From positions 159,265 through 223,264 of the forward strand of contig JAZKYO010000030.1 in assembly GCA_045612185.1 (NCBI GenBank): a stretch of 64,000 nt of DNA, in the 5' to 3' direction. The stretch comes from Eubacteriales bacterium. Its GTDB lineage: Bacteria > Bacillota > Clostridia > Oscillospirales > CAG-272. The notes below the pieces were generated by a model. That model was given only the letters and a program-made list of their open reading frames with translations. It was not told the origin of the DNA and did not search any database. Below, one piece after another: positions 20,699 through 28,981 of the stretch (its first letter is position 1; each line of letters begins with the position of its first letter). The translations under genes and the position numbers were made by a program.

Positions 20699-21718
20699 AT
20701 GAGTTTGGCTATGGACAGAATGGTTGGAAACGACAAGCTGCGCCGCCGTTTGTACGACGAGATAATAGCGGGAAGCTTTTCTCACGCTTACGTAATATCG
20801 GGTCAGCGCGGAAGCGGAAAGCACACGCTTGCCATGATGTGCGCCGCCGCACTTGCCTGCGAAAACAAGGGGATAGACGGTTATGCGCTTCCCTGTTTTG
20901 AATGTCGCTCCTGCAAAAAAATTCTTGAAAAGAAATCTCCCGACGTTTTTATTATTGAAAAAGACGGTGCTTCGGTTAAGGTCGACCAGATTCGCGAGGT
21001 GCAACGCTCTGTAAGAGTAGTTCCAAACGAGCTTGATTACAAAGTATACATCATCGAAAACACCGAAACTATGACGGCTCAGGCGCAAAACGCGCTTTTG
21101 CTTACGCTTGAAGAACCTCCCTCTTTTGTAGTATTCTTCTTGCTTTGCGAGGCTGAGGAAAAACTGCTTGAAACAATAAAAAGCCGAGCCCCTATACTTC
21201 GCACTGAGCCAATCGCGCCGCAAGCGGCGCGTGAGTATCTGCTTAAGGTTTCTGAGGATGCGCAAAAGCTGGATTTATCCAACCCATCCGAACTTGACGC
21301 TATAATCTCTATTGCCGACGGTTCTATCGGACGCGCCCTTGAGCTTACCGACGAAAAAACACGCCAACCCTTTGTTTTAAGGCGTGAAACCGCTGAGCGA
21401 CTCGTTGACTACTCGCTAAATAAGAAGTCTGTGGCGCTTACAGAGCTTATTATATCTCTCCCCCCTAAGCAGGATGAGCTGATTCCTATACTCACATACG
21501 CCGAAACGGCGTTGCGCGACCTTATACTTTTGAAAAAAAGCGAGGACGCCGCGCTTTGCTTCTATTCAGACCGAGAAAAAGCAATCGAAAAAGCGTATTC
21601 CGTAGGGCTTACCTCTATGCTTGGTCTGTATGACAAAATAGGAGCCACCAAAGAAACTTTGAAGCGAAACGCAAACATCAAGCTTACGCTTACAACGTTG
21701 CTTGCGAATATATTATAA
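20699..21718 (+). CDS. holB: DNA polymerase III subunit delta'
   Basis: It has the AAA+ P-loop GQRGSGKHT, the zinc module CFECRSCKK, and SRAPILR. I set the start at the ATG at 20699, behind a GGAGGTG RBS. The track's TTG start includes that RBS. Confidence 0.85.
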   Translation: MSLAMDRMVGNDKLRRRLYDEIIAGSFSHAYVISGQRGSGKHTLAMMCAAALACENKGIDGYALPCFECRSCKKILEKKSPDVFIIEKDGASVKVDQIREVQRSVRVVPNELDYKVYIIENTETMTAQAQNALLLTLEEPPSFVVFFLLCEAEEKLLETIKSRAPILRTEPIAPQAAREYLLKVSEDAQKLDLSNPSELDAIISIADGSIGRALELTDEKTRQPFVLRRETAERLVDYSLNKKSVALTELIISLPPKQDELIPILTYAETALRDLILLKKSEDAALCFYSDREKAIEKAYSVGLTSMLGLYDKIGATKETLKRNANIKLTLTTLLANIL

Positions 21719-21736
21719 TTTTTGAAAGGTTGTAAA

Positions 21737-22888
21737 ATGAGCGAAAAGAATAACGATAAAAAAAGAAATAACAACCGCCACCACGGAAGAAATAACAACC
21801 GAGGAAAATCCAACGAACAAAAAAAGCCCAAAAATCAAGTTGAACAAGAGGCTCAAATAGTTCTGCCCGAGTTTGATTTTGATCTTTCCGCTCCCAAAGA
21901 AGAGGAAAAGAAAAAGTTGGACATTGAGGACGTTGTTCTCGCACCCGAAGTTATTGCAGAGATTGAGGCAGATATTATTCCGCCGATTGTGAGAGACGTT
22001 GAGCGTCCCGTCAAGGCAGAGGCTCCGGTTGAAAATGTTGAGACCACCGAAATAATAGGTGTACGATTCAAAAAGACCGGAAAGGTTTATTACTTTGCGC
22101 CCAACGGTTTCGTTGCCAAGCGTGGTGAATACGCTATCGTAGACACTGCCCGAGGCGCTGAATTCGGTGAGGTTTGGATTCCCAACCGAAAAGTACCGAC
22201 CTCAGAGATAGTTCCCCCGCTCCGCCCTTGCATAAGAATCGCAACCAAGGAGGACGTCGCCCACAACGCCGAAAATCAGCAAAAAGAGGACGAGGCGTTC
22301 AGAATCGGCAACGAGAAAATAGAGGCTCACAAGCTTGATATGAAGCTTGTGGATGTTCAGTATACCTTTGACAACTCAAAGCTTCTCTTTTACTTTACCT
22401 CCGCGGGGCGCGTTGATTTCCGCGAGCTTGTAAAAGACCTGGCTTCGGTTTTCAGAACCCGTATTGAGCTGAGGCAGATTGGTATCCGCGACGAAGCAAA
22501 GCTTATCGGCGGACTTGGTATCTGCGGCCGTCCGCTTTGTTGTGCGGGATTTCTTACCGATTTTGGTCAGGTGTCTATAAAAATGGCTAAGGAGCAAAGT
22601 CTTTCGCTTAACGCCACAAAGATTTCCGGTAATTGCGGAAGGCTTATGTGCTGTCTCAGATACGAGCAAAAGAGCTATGAGGAAGAAAGCCGCCTTACGC
22701 CCCCCGTTGACTGTATTGTAAAAACTCCCGACGGAAACGGCGTAGTTTGCGACACTACGCCTCTGCTTGGAATGATTAAGGTCAAGCTTGACAACAGCGA
22801 AGAACCTCCTAAATCCTACCACAGAGACAACGTTGAAATACTGTCCTATTCCCGCAAGAAAGCGACTGCCGACGACGGTGAAAACTAA
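21737..22888 (+). CDS. ricT: PSP1-domain protein (RicT/YaaT-like) with a long low-complexity N-terminal extension
   Basis: The PSP1 core is IIGVRFKKTGKVYYF...FTSAGRVDFRELVKDLA...CGRPLCC...CGRLMCCLRYE. The gene sits immediately after holB, as in Bacillus. I took the ATG at 21737 as the start. Confidence 0.85.
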   Translation: MSEKNNDKKRNNNRHHGRNNNRGKSNEQKKPKNQVEQEAQIVLPEFDFDLSAPKEEEKKKLDIEDVVLAPEVIAEIEADIIPPIVRDVERPVKAEAPVENVETTEIIGVRFKKTGKVYYFAPNGFVAKRGEYAIVDTARGAEFGEVWIPNRKVPTSEIVPPLRPCIRIATKEDVAHNAENQQKEDEAFRIGNEKIEAHKLDMKLVDVQYTFDNSKLLFYFTSAGRVDFRELVKDLASVFRTRIELRQIGIRDEAKLIGGLGICGRPLCCAGFLTDFGQVSIKMAKEQSLSLNATKISGNCGRLMCCLRYEQKSYEEESRLTPPVDCIVKTPDGNGVVCDTTPLLGMIKVKLDNSEEPPKSYHRDNVEILSYSRKKATADDGEN

Positions 22889-22958
22889 TTTTCGATTCGT
22901 ACTTTTAGCATTTTACAAAAGATTTTTGAAAAATATATAAAATTTTCTCAAAAAGGTC

Positions 22959-22987
22959 TTTTCAAATCGCTAAAAGTGTGATACAAT
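22959..22987 (+). promoter_or_regulatory. Candidate promoter for the ferredoxin gene
   Basis: TTTTCA (22959-22964), a 17-nt spacer, then an extended -10 TGATACAAT (TACAAT at 22982-22987). Confidence 0.4.
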
Positions 22988-23017
22988 ATATCTATCATCA
23001 AATGGAGGTACATGAAA

Positions 23018-23188
23018 ATGGCATACAAGATTTCTGAAGATTGCGTAGCATGCGGTGCATGCGCTGACCAGTGTCCTTGCGAGGCTATCTCGGAGGGTGA
23101 TGGAATCTACGTTATCGACCCTGAAAAGTGCGTTGATTGCGGTGCTTGTGCAGACGCTTGTCCCGTAGGCGCTCCCCAGGCTGAGTAA
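23018..23188 (+). CDS. fdx: Clostridial-type 2x[4Fe-4S] ferredoxin (56 aa; below the ORF-track size cutoff)
   Basis: My own translation gives MAYKISEDCVACGACADQCPCEAISEGDGIYVIDPEKCVDCGACADACPVGAPQAE. It has two CxxCxxCxxxCP motifs. GGAGG (23004-23008) lies 9 nt upstream, and a strong terminator follows. Confidence 0.88.
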   Translation: MAYKISEDCVACGACADQCPCEAISEGDGIYVIDPEKCVDCGACADACPVGAPQAE

Positions 23189-23203
23189 TTCCATACTTAT
23201 GAA

Positions 23204-23234
23204 GGGCTGTCCCGCGGGACAGCCCATTTTCTTT
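23204..23234 (+). terminator. Rho-independent terminator after the ferredoxin gene
   Basis: GC-rich stem GGGCTGTCC / GGACAGCCC followed by ATTTTCTTT. Confidence 0.78.
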
Positions 23235-23245
23235 AAACGGAGACA

Positions 23246-24019
23246 ATGATGAATTCAGATATTATTATACAAGACGGCGAAAGGCTTGATGAGGTAAATG
23301 AAAATCTCAAGTTAATACAAAAATCCGACGGGCTTACATTTGGCACCGACGCCTATCTGCTGGCGGCGTATATGTACGCCAACGCAGGGGGCTGTGCGCT
23401 TGAGCTTGGAGGCGGAACGGGAATCATCTCTCTTTTAGCCGCTTCAAAAAAGCGTTTTGACAAAATAACGGTTGCCGAAATCCAGGAGCAATACGCAAAG
23501 CTTATTGGCAGAAATATTGCGCTTAACGGCTTGGAGGGCAGCCTTGAGGTCGTTTGCCGCGACGCACGCGAGCTTAAAGCTGCTGATTTTGGTTATGAGT
23601 TTGACGCAGTATTTTCAAATCCGCCTTATATGAAAACCGACAGCGGAAAACGCAATGACTGCGAGGCCAAATACATTGCAAGACATGAGGTTTTTGGCGG
23701 AATAGACGACTTTTGCGCGACGGCGTACAGATTGCTTAAATTCGGGGGCAGATTCTACGTAGTCTACCGTCCCGACAGACTTATTGACCTTATCTCCGCT
23801 TTAAGGCGCAACAAGCTTGAACCTAAAAAAATGACCTTTGTTCAAAGTGACACCAAAACCGCACCGTCTATGGTATTAATTGAGGCAAAAAAAGGTGCGG
23901 CGGCTTCGCTGACACTCACCAAAAATTTGATTTTATACAAGGACGGCACTCGCAACATGAGCGAGGACGCCGAAAAAATATACGAAAGCTGCTCCTTTGC
24001 GGAGTTTTTCAAGAAATAA
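23246..24019 (+). CDS. SAM-dependent methyltransferase, tRNA (adenine-N6)-methyltransferase (TrmN6/YfiC)-like
   Basis: 257 aa. It has the SAM motif LELGGGTGIISL and the N6-amino-MTase motif FSNPPYM. Confidence 0.78.
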   Translation: MMNSDIIIQDGERLDEVNENLKLIQKSDGLTFGTDAYLLAAYMYANAGGCALELGGGTGIISLLAASKKRFDKITVAEIQEQYAKLIGRNIALNGLEGSLEVVCRDARELKAADFGYEFDAVFSNPPYMKTDSGKRNDCEAKYIARHEVFGGIDDFCATAYRLLKFGGRFYVVYRPDRLIDLISALRRNKLEPKKMTFVQSDTKTAPSMVLIEAKKGAAASLTLTKNLILYKDGTRNMSEDAEKIYESCSFAEFFKK

Positions 24020-24789
24020 TGGAAAACATAAAAAGAATTTTAAGCTACACACGCCGCGCGGTAGACGATTATAACATGATTGAGGACGGCGACAAAATAG
24101 CCGTTGGCGTATCCGCGGGCAAGGACTCGCTTACGCTTCTGTGCGCTCTTGCCGAGTTAAAGCGGTTTTACCCCAAAAAATTTGAGCTTGTGGCGATTAC
24201 GGTTGACATGGGCTTTGAGCCCCCTATGGATTTTTCTCCGATACAGAAGCTGTGTGACGAGTTGGGAGTACCGTATCACATCACCAAAACCGAGATATCG
24301 AAAATTATTTTTGACGTGCGAAAGGAGTCAAATCCTTGCTCTCTTTGCGCCAAGATGCGCCGGGGCTCGCTTCACAACACAGCTAAAGAGCTTGGATGCA
24401 ATAAGGTAGCTCTCGGTCACCATTTTGACGACGTGGTAAACACATTTATGCTCAATCTTTTTTACGAAGGCAGGCTTGGCTGTTTTCAACCCGTAACATA
24501 TCTTTCGAGAATTGACCTTCATCTGATAAGACCCATGATATACATGCCCGAAAAGGACGTAAGGTATTTTGCATCAAAGGCGGAGCTACCGGTTATCAAA
24601 TCTCCCTGCCCCGCCGACGGAAACACCAAACGCGCCGACATGGATACGCTTTTAAACACAATAGAACGAACAAACAAAGGGCTTAAATATCGCATTTTCG
24701 GTGCTATTCAGCGCGGTGAGATAGACGGCTTTAAGCCAATGGGCAGAATGCAAGGGATAAAAGAATACACCGAGGAGAACGAAGAATGA
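24019..24789 (+). CDS. PP-loop ATPase, TtcA-family tRNA thiolation protein
   Basis: 256 aa. It has the PP-loop VGVSAGKDSLTLL, then ...CSLCAKMRRG... and ...GHHFDD.... Its start overlaps the upstream stop (TAATG). Confidence 0.8.
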   Translation: MENIKRILSYTRRAVDDYNMIEDGDKIAVGVSAGKDSLTLLCALAELKRFYPKKFELVAITVDMGFEPPMDFSPIQKLCDELGVPYHITKTEISKIIFDVRKESNPCSLCAKMRRGSLHNTAKELGCNKVALGHHFDDVVNTFMLNLFYEGRLGCFQPVTYLSRIDLHLIRPMIYMPEKDVRYFASKAELPVIKSPCPADGNTKRADMDTLLNTIERTNKGLKYRIFGAIQRGEIDGFKPMGRMQGIKEYTEENEE

Positions 24790-25175
24790 TAGGTGGAATT
24801 ATCAAATGGACGCTTATTTTGGCGGTGGTTCTTGTTGCGGTTTACTGCGCCTACATTGGCGGTTTGTTAACTATACACACCCACGCCGCATTTATGTACG
24901 TAGGAAATATAAAGCAGGCGCGTTTTTCCAAATGCAACGGCACTTTTAAGAGGGTCATCAGATTCAAAGAGGCAAAAAGCTACCGCTTTGAGTTAAGTCA
25001 AGAGCTTACGAAAGGCTCTATTAGCGCAGAGGTACTTGACAGCAGAAAAGAAGTAGTGCTGTCACTTGACGGCAAAAACCGCACGGGAAATATTTATCCA
25101 CAAGAAAAAGCACGCTACTATCTTGTAGTAAAAATAGAAAACGCAAGCGGCAAATACTCGCTTGATTGGACGTAA
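24786..25175 (+). CDS. Small membrane-anchored hypothetical protein
   Basis: 129 aa with one N-terminal TM helix (WTLILAVVLVAVYCAYIGGLL). It overlaps the upstream stop (ATGA), and a terminator follows immediately. Confidence 0.5.
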   Translation: MIGGIIKWTLILAVVLVAVYCAYIGGLLTIHTHAAFMYVGNIKQARFSKCNGTFKRVIRFKEAKSYRFELSQELTKGSISAEVLDSRKEVVLSLDGKNRTGNIYPQEKARYYLVVKIENASGKYSLDWT

Positions 25176-25209
25176 AAAGGAGCTGAAAATTCAGCTCCTT
25201 TCGTTTTAT
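25175..25209. terminator. Bidirectional Rho-independent terminator
   Basis: Stem GGAGCTGA / TCAGCTCC flanked by an A-run and a T-run. It sits between convergent genes. Confidence 0.78.
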
Positions 25210-27686
25210 TTAATTACGTATTCTCCTGCTCCGAGAGTAAATATCATTTTGCCGTTTCGGGTGGTAAAGCTGTCGCTTTCCTCAAACACAAGTCCGTTCA
25301 CATTCACGCTGTTTCTGCCCGAAAGAAGCGGGAATTTAACCGTTGCTTCGGTATTTTCGGGAACGGTTACTCTGTAAACAAACTCACCGTTTTCGTAGCA
25401 CCACGCAGACTTTATAAGTCCGTAAACACTTTCAAATTCGGCTTTCACGCTTGTTATTCTTTCCTGACCCTCGGGAATAAATTTTCTTGTATCGGGGGTG
25501 GGAGCGAGAATAAATTTTTCAAATCCCGGGTTTTTCTCCACGGGCTTTATACCCGCCACATCCGAGAACATCCACTCTGCAACCGCGCCGTATGCGTAGT
25601 GATTAAAGGAGTTCATACCAACGTCACCGAATCCTTTTTCTATCGTGTAAGAATTCCAACGCTCCCAAACAGTCGTCGCTCCCTGACGCACACTGTAAAG
25701 CCATGAGGGGTCACGGGTCTGCAAGAGAAGCGAATATGCTTCATCGTCAAGACCGACCTTGCTTAAAGTCTGATTCAAGAGCCCCGTTCCCACAAAGCCT
25801 GTGGCAAGAGTGTAGTCGTTATTAACAATCTTTGCCTTAAGCTCTCTGATTGCCTTTTCGCGCATTTCACCATCAAGCATATCAAAGGCAAGCGGAAGAA
25901 TATATGCCGTTTGGGTCTTAATCTTAAACTCACCGTTTTCGATATATTTTTCTTTGTAGTAGGCTACGATATCTTCTTTCAGCTTTGCATAATACTCTGC
26001 TCTTTCAGGCTTATCAAGCACCAAGCTTATTTTTTCCATAAGGGAAGCATCGTAATAGAAATAGCAAACTGATACGCAGTCCTTGCGATTTTCTTCATAA
26101 CAGAGCCAATCTCCAAAGAATGCCTTTGGACCTTCGAGACCATTGGTTTTATACGTGTAATCCATGTATTTTTCCATAGCCTCGTAGTTTTCCTCAAGAA
26201 TGCCCTTATCTCCGTACATAAGCCACATTTTATAGGGCACTACGATTCCCGCATCAGCCCACGCGCCTGCGCCGTACGCCCTGTTTTCGGGTGGGAAACA
26301 AGTGGGTGCCACAAACGGGAAGCATCCGTTGTCAAGCTGAGAGTCACGCATATCGCCCATCCACTTGGAAAGGAAGCCGTAGGCGTTTACAAAGTACGCC
26401 GCCGCGCCGCAGAATATCTGTGTGTCACCCGTCCAGCCGAGACGCTCGTCACGCTGAGGGCAGTCGGTAGGAATAGAGAGATAGTTGGATTCAAGTCCGC
26501 GGTAAATGTTTCCGATAAGCTTGTTTACCTCCGCGTTGCTCGTCTCTATCTTTCCCGTTCTCTTAAGGTCGCTGCCTATAATATCGCTGACAGCGTAAAG
26601 GATTTCGATATCGTTATCGGGTACTATCTCAAGATATCTGTAGCCAAAGAAGGTATAAGCGGGGGTATATTCCTCAACCTCACCGCAAGAAATATACTCA
26701 ATTCTCGAAAGCGCGGAGCGGTAGTTATCAATATAAAGACTTCCCTTTGCGCCGTCGTTTCCGCGTGACTTAAGACCGCTGTCGTTAAGCATCTCGCCGC
26801 AATAAATACGCACCTTGGTATCCTTGGGGGCGTAAAGCTTAATACGGGGGCGTGCTGTAAACTCAACGCCGAAGTCGATAACAAGCTTTTCGCCCTTCTT
26901 CACGCATCCGCGCTCGCAGCCTTTGCCGATTTTTTTGGAAACAAGGTTAATTTCACCAAAATCCGTGCCATTATCCATTGTTCCATCGTATACAACAGCA
27001 CTGACGGGGGTTATTCCCTTTCTCTTAAGTCTTACGGTCTCTCCAACGTGGGGCTTGATTTCGCATTTGGCGTAATCGCAAAGAATAGCGTGTTTCCACT
27101 CGTAGCTGTCCGAGTCGGAATATATGCACTTTTGGCGCGCGTCATAAAGCTCACCGTCCCAAATCTCACTTGTGCGTACTCTGCCGCCGAAAGACGTCTC
27201 CCAGCTCTCGTCGGTAGCAAAAACGGTGGTGTGGTTATCCTTGTCGGTCACGGTTATCTCGGCGCAGAATGCCACGCCCCTGTCTCCGTAGGTCGAGTTG
27301 CCTATTCTGCCCGAATACCAACCGGGCGCAACGCAGGCAACGATAACGTTGTCTCCGCTTGTTCTGCAAAGCGAAGTTATATCGTAGTCGAACTCAAACA
27401 CGCGATATCGGTAATCGGTCCACCCCGGCTTCATTTCGTCATCACCGACTTTTTTGCCGTTTACGTAAACTTCAAAAACGCCAAGCGCGGTAGCAGTAAG
27501 CTTTACCGAGCGCACCTTTTCGGGAACGCTAAATTGGTCTCTGAACGCCACAAGTCCACCTCTGTCATAAAGGTCGGTGCTGTGTCGGTCAAATTCCCAG
27601 TATCCGTATTTTTTTCCTTGAAACCAAGGGAAGGATTGGTCTGTCGTCATATAGTCTGAGTTAATTATAAACTTTCCAAATTTCAT
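25206..27686 (-). CDS. Alpha-L-rhamnosidase (GH78)
   Basis: It carries the GH78 hallmark IPTDCPQRDERLGWTGDTQIF and a six-hairpin C-terminal half. I set the start at the ATG at 27686 (MKFGKF...), behind AAGAGGTGA. The track start lies 18 codons upstream with no RBS. Confidence 0.85.
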   Translation of the reverse strand: MKFGKFIINSDYMTTDQSFPWFQGKKYGYWEFDRHSTDLYDRGGLVAFRDQFSVPEKVRSVKLTATALGVFEVYVNGKKVGDDEMKPGWTDYRYRVFEFDYDITSLCRTSGDNVIVACVAPGWYSGRIGNSTYGDRGVAFCAEITVTDKDNHTTVFATDESWETSFGGRVRTSEIWDGELYDARQKCIYSDSDSYEWKHAILCDYAKCEIKPHVGETVRLKRKGITPVSAVVYDGTMDNGTDFGEINLVSKKIGKGCERGCVKKGEKLVIDFGVEFTARPRIKLYAPKDTKVRIYCGEMLNDSGLKSRGNDGAKGSLYIDNYRSALSRIEYISCGEVEEYTPAYTFFGYRYLEIVPDNDIEILYAVSDIIGSDLKRTGKIETSNAEVNKLIGNIYRGLESNYLSIPTDCPQRDERLGWTGDTQIFCGAAAYFVNAYGFLSKWMGDMRDSQLDNGCFPFVAPTCFPPENRAYGAGAWADAGIVVPYKMWLMYGDKGILEENYEAMEKYMDYTYKTNGLEGPKAFFGDWLCYEENRKDCVSVCYFYYDASLMEKISLVLDKPERAEYYAKLKEDIVAYYKEKYIENGEFKIKTQTAYILPLAFDMLDGEMREKAIRELKAKIVNNDYTLATGFVGTGLLNQTLSKVGLDDEAYSLLLQTRDPSWLYSVRQGATTVWERWNSYTIEKGFGDVGMNSFNHYAYGAVAEWMFSDVAGIKPVEKNPGFEKFILAPTPDTRKFIPEGQERITSVKAEFESVYGLIKSAWCYENGEFVYRVTVPENTEATVKFPLLSGRNSVNVNGLVFEESDSFTTRNGKMIFTLGAGEYVIK

Positions 27687-27724
27687 ATTTTCACCTCTTA
27701 ACAGAAGAAATAATTGCAAATCTA

Positions 27725-27753
27725 TTGCATTTACAACCACATTATACTATAAT
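27725..27753 (+). promoter_or_regulatory. Candidate promoter for nnrD
   Basis: TTGCAT (27725-27730), a 17-nt spacer, then TATAAT (27748-27753). Confidence 0.5.
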
Positions 27754-27796
27754 ATAATCAGAAAATCAATACTTTTTTGAATTGAGAGGACTACTT

Positions 27797-28663
27797 ATGC
27801 GAAATTTTTTCTCTTATTCCCCGTCAGCACTTGAAAAAATGCCCGTAAGGCCCGAAAACTCAAACAAAGGAACCTTTGGGCGAGTGCTTGTTATAGGCGG
27901 CTCGCCTTGCATGAGCGGCGCGGCTTATTTTTCGGCAAAGGCGGCTTACCGCACGGGAGCGGGTCTGGTACAAGTTTTAACCCACGAGGACAACAGAATA
28001 ATTTTGCAAACACAGCTTCCCGAAGCAGTGCTTTCGACATATTCCGAGGAAAATTTCAACGAGGACGCTATTTCTGAGGTAATAGACAAAGCCGACGTAA
28101 TAGTTGTAGGCGTTGGGCTTGGGCAAACGGCTTTGGCGGCAAATCTTCTTGCTTTGGTTCTTTCTGTTGCCGAAGTGCCGATTATTGTAGACGCCGACGC
28201 GCTGAATATTATCGCCAAGAAGCCGTCGCTGTTTGACGGTGTTTCAGCGCCGCTTATTATAACCCCTCACATGATGGAAATGGCAAGACTTTGCCGCACA
28301 AACGTCTCGGAAATCATGGCAAGCGCGGTAGATTTTGCGGTTGAATATGCCGAAAAGAATTCGCTGATATGCGTATTAAAGGACCACGAAACAATAGTTT
28401 ACGACGGCACTTGCGACAGCCAAATATACGTAAACAAAAGCGGTAACAGCGGCATGGCAACCGGCGGAAGCGGTGACGTGCTTACGGGCATTATTGCCGC
28501 GCTTGTGTCGCAAGGACTGCCCTTGTTTGACGCTGCCACCCTTGGAGTTTACCTTCACGGCTTGGCAGGTGATGCTGCCGCTGACGAGCTTGGCGAATAC
28601 TCGGTAATGGCAAGCGATATTATAGAACATATTTCTACGGTTATTAAGGATTGTAATTACTAA
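27797..28663 (+). CDS. nnrD: ADP-dependent NAD(P)H-hydrate dehydratase (YjeF C-terminal domain type)
   Basis: It has NKGTFGRVLVIGGSPCMSGAAYFSAKAAYRTGAGLV and GNSGMATGGSGDVLTGII. The ATG at 27797 sits behind the RBS GAGAGGA. Confidence 0.85.
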   Translation: MRNFFSYSPSALEKMPVRPENSNKGTFGRVLVIGGSPCMSGAAYFSAKAAYRTGAGLVQVLTHEDNRIILQTQLPEAVLSTYSEENFNEDAISEVIDKADVIVVGVGLGQTALAANLLALVLSVAEVPIIVDADALNIIAKKPSLFDGVSAPLIITPHMMEMARLCRTNVSEIMASAVDFAVEYAEKNSLICVLKDHETIVYDGTCDSQIYVNKSGNSGMATGGSGDVLTGIIAALVSQGLPLFDAATLGVYLHGLAGDAAADELGEYSVMASDIIEHISTVIKDCNY

Positions 28664-28678
28664 AAATATCTACTAAAC

Positions 28679-28710
28679 AAAAAAACGACCATACGGTCGT
28701 TTTTTATTTT
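28679..28710. terminator. Bidirectional Rho-independent terminator (nnrD / RHH gene)
   Basis: Stem ACGACC / GGTCGT (28685-28690 and 28695-28700) flanked by A7 and T5ATTTT. The RHH stop codon lies within the T-run. Confidence 0.8.
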
Positions 28711-28889
28711 ACTTCGCAATTATCCATTGCGAAATCCAAAAGCATATTTATCAAATCATTCCTTGACCTATTTGATTTTCTTGAAAGCTCATTCAACCTA
28801 TCAACGGTTTCGTCTTTTATACGAATAGAAAATGTTTTATATCCATCTTCTCCCTTTAGTTTCTTTTCAATAATCAATTTTTCTTCCAA
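28704..28889 (-). CDS. Ribbon-helix-helix (CopG/Arc/MetJ-like) DNA-binding protein
   Basis: 61 aa. It starts at a TTG behind a GAGGTG RBS with 6-nt spacing. The beta-strand/helix/helix pattern YKTFSIRIKDETVDRLNELSRKSNRSRNDLINMLLDFAMD is typical of RHH repressors. The gene is AT-rich and divergent from the MTase gene. Confidence 0.6.
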   Translation of the reverse strand: MEEKLIIEKKLKGEDGYKTFSIRIKDETVDRLNELSRKSNRSRNDLINMLLDFAMDNCEVK

Positions 28890-28902
28890 AACTCATCACC
28901 TC

Positions 28903-28916
28903 TATATAATTATATA
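28903..28916. promoter_or_regulatory. Perfect 14-bp palindrome TATATAATTATATA (candidate operator)
   Basis: I read it directly from the sequence. It abuts the -35 hexamer of the MTase promoter and lies in the divergent RHH/MTase intergenic region. Confidence 0.4.
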
Positions 28917-28946
28917 TTGACAAATCTCACATTTATATGTTATAAT
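28917..28946 (+). promoter_or_regulatory. Candidate promoter for the MTase/DUF262-HNH operon
   Basis: TTGACA (28917-28922), an 18-nt spacer, then an extended -10 TGTTATAAT (TATAAT at 28941-28946). Confidence 0.55.
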
Positions 28947-28953
28947 TTATAAC
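28939..28953. promoter_or_regulatory. Inverted repeat GTTATAA-T-TTATAAC overlapping the -10 box (candidate operator)
   Basis: 7-bp arms around one central base. I read it directly from the sequence. Confidence 0.4.
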
Positions 28954-28981
28954 ACAAATAATAACATAGAGGTTAGGAGTC

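Noticed and set aside
22970-23227. An 85-aa minus-strand ORF listed in the track.
   Set aside because: The plus strand encodes a textbook ferredoxin with an RBS and a terminator. The minus-strand ORF would also have to read through the terminator hairpin.
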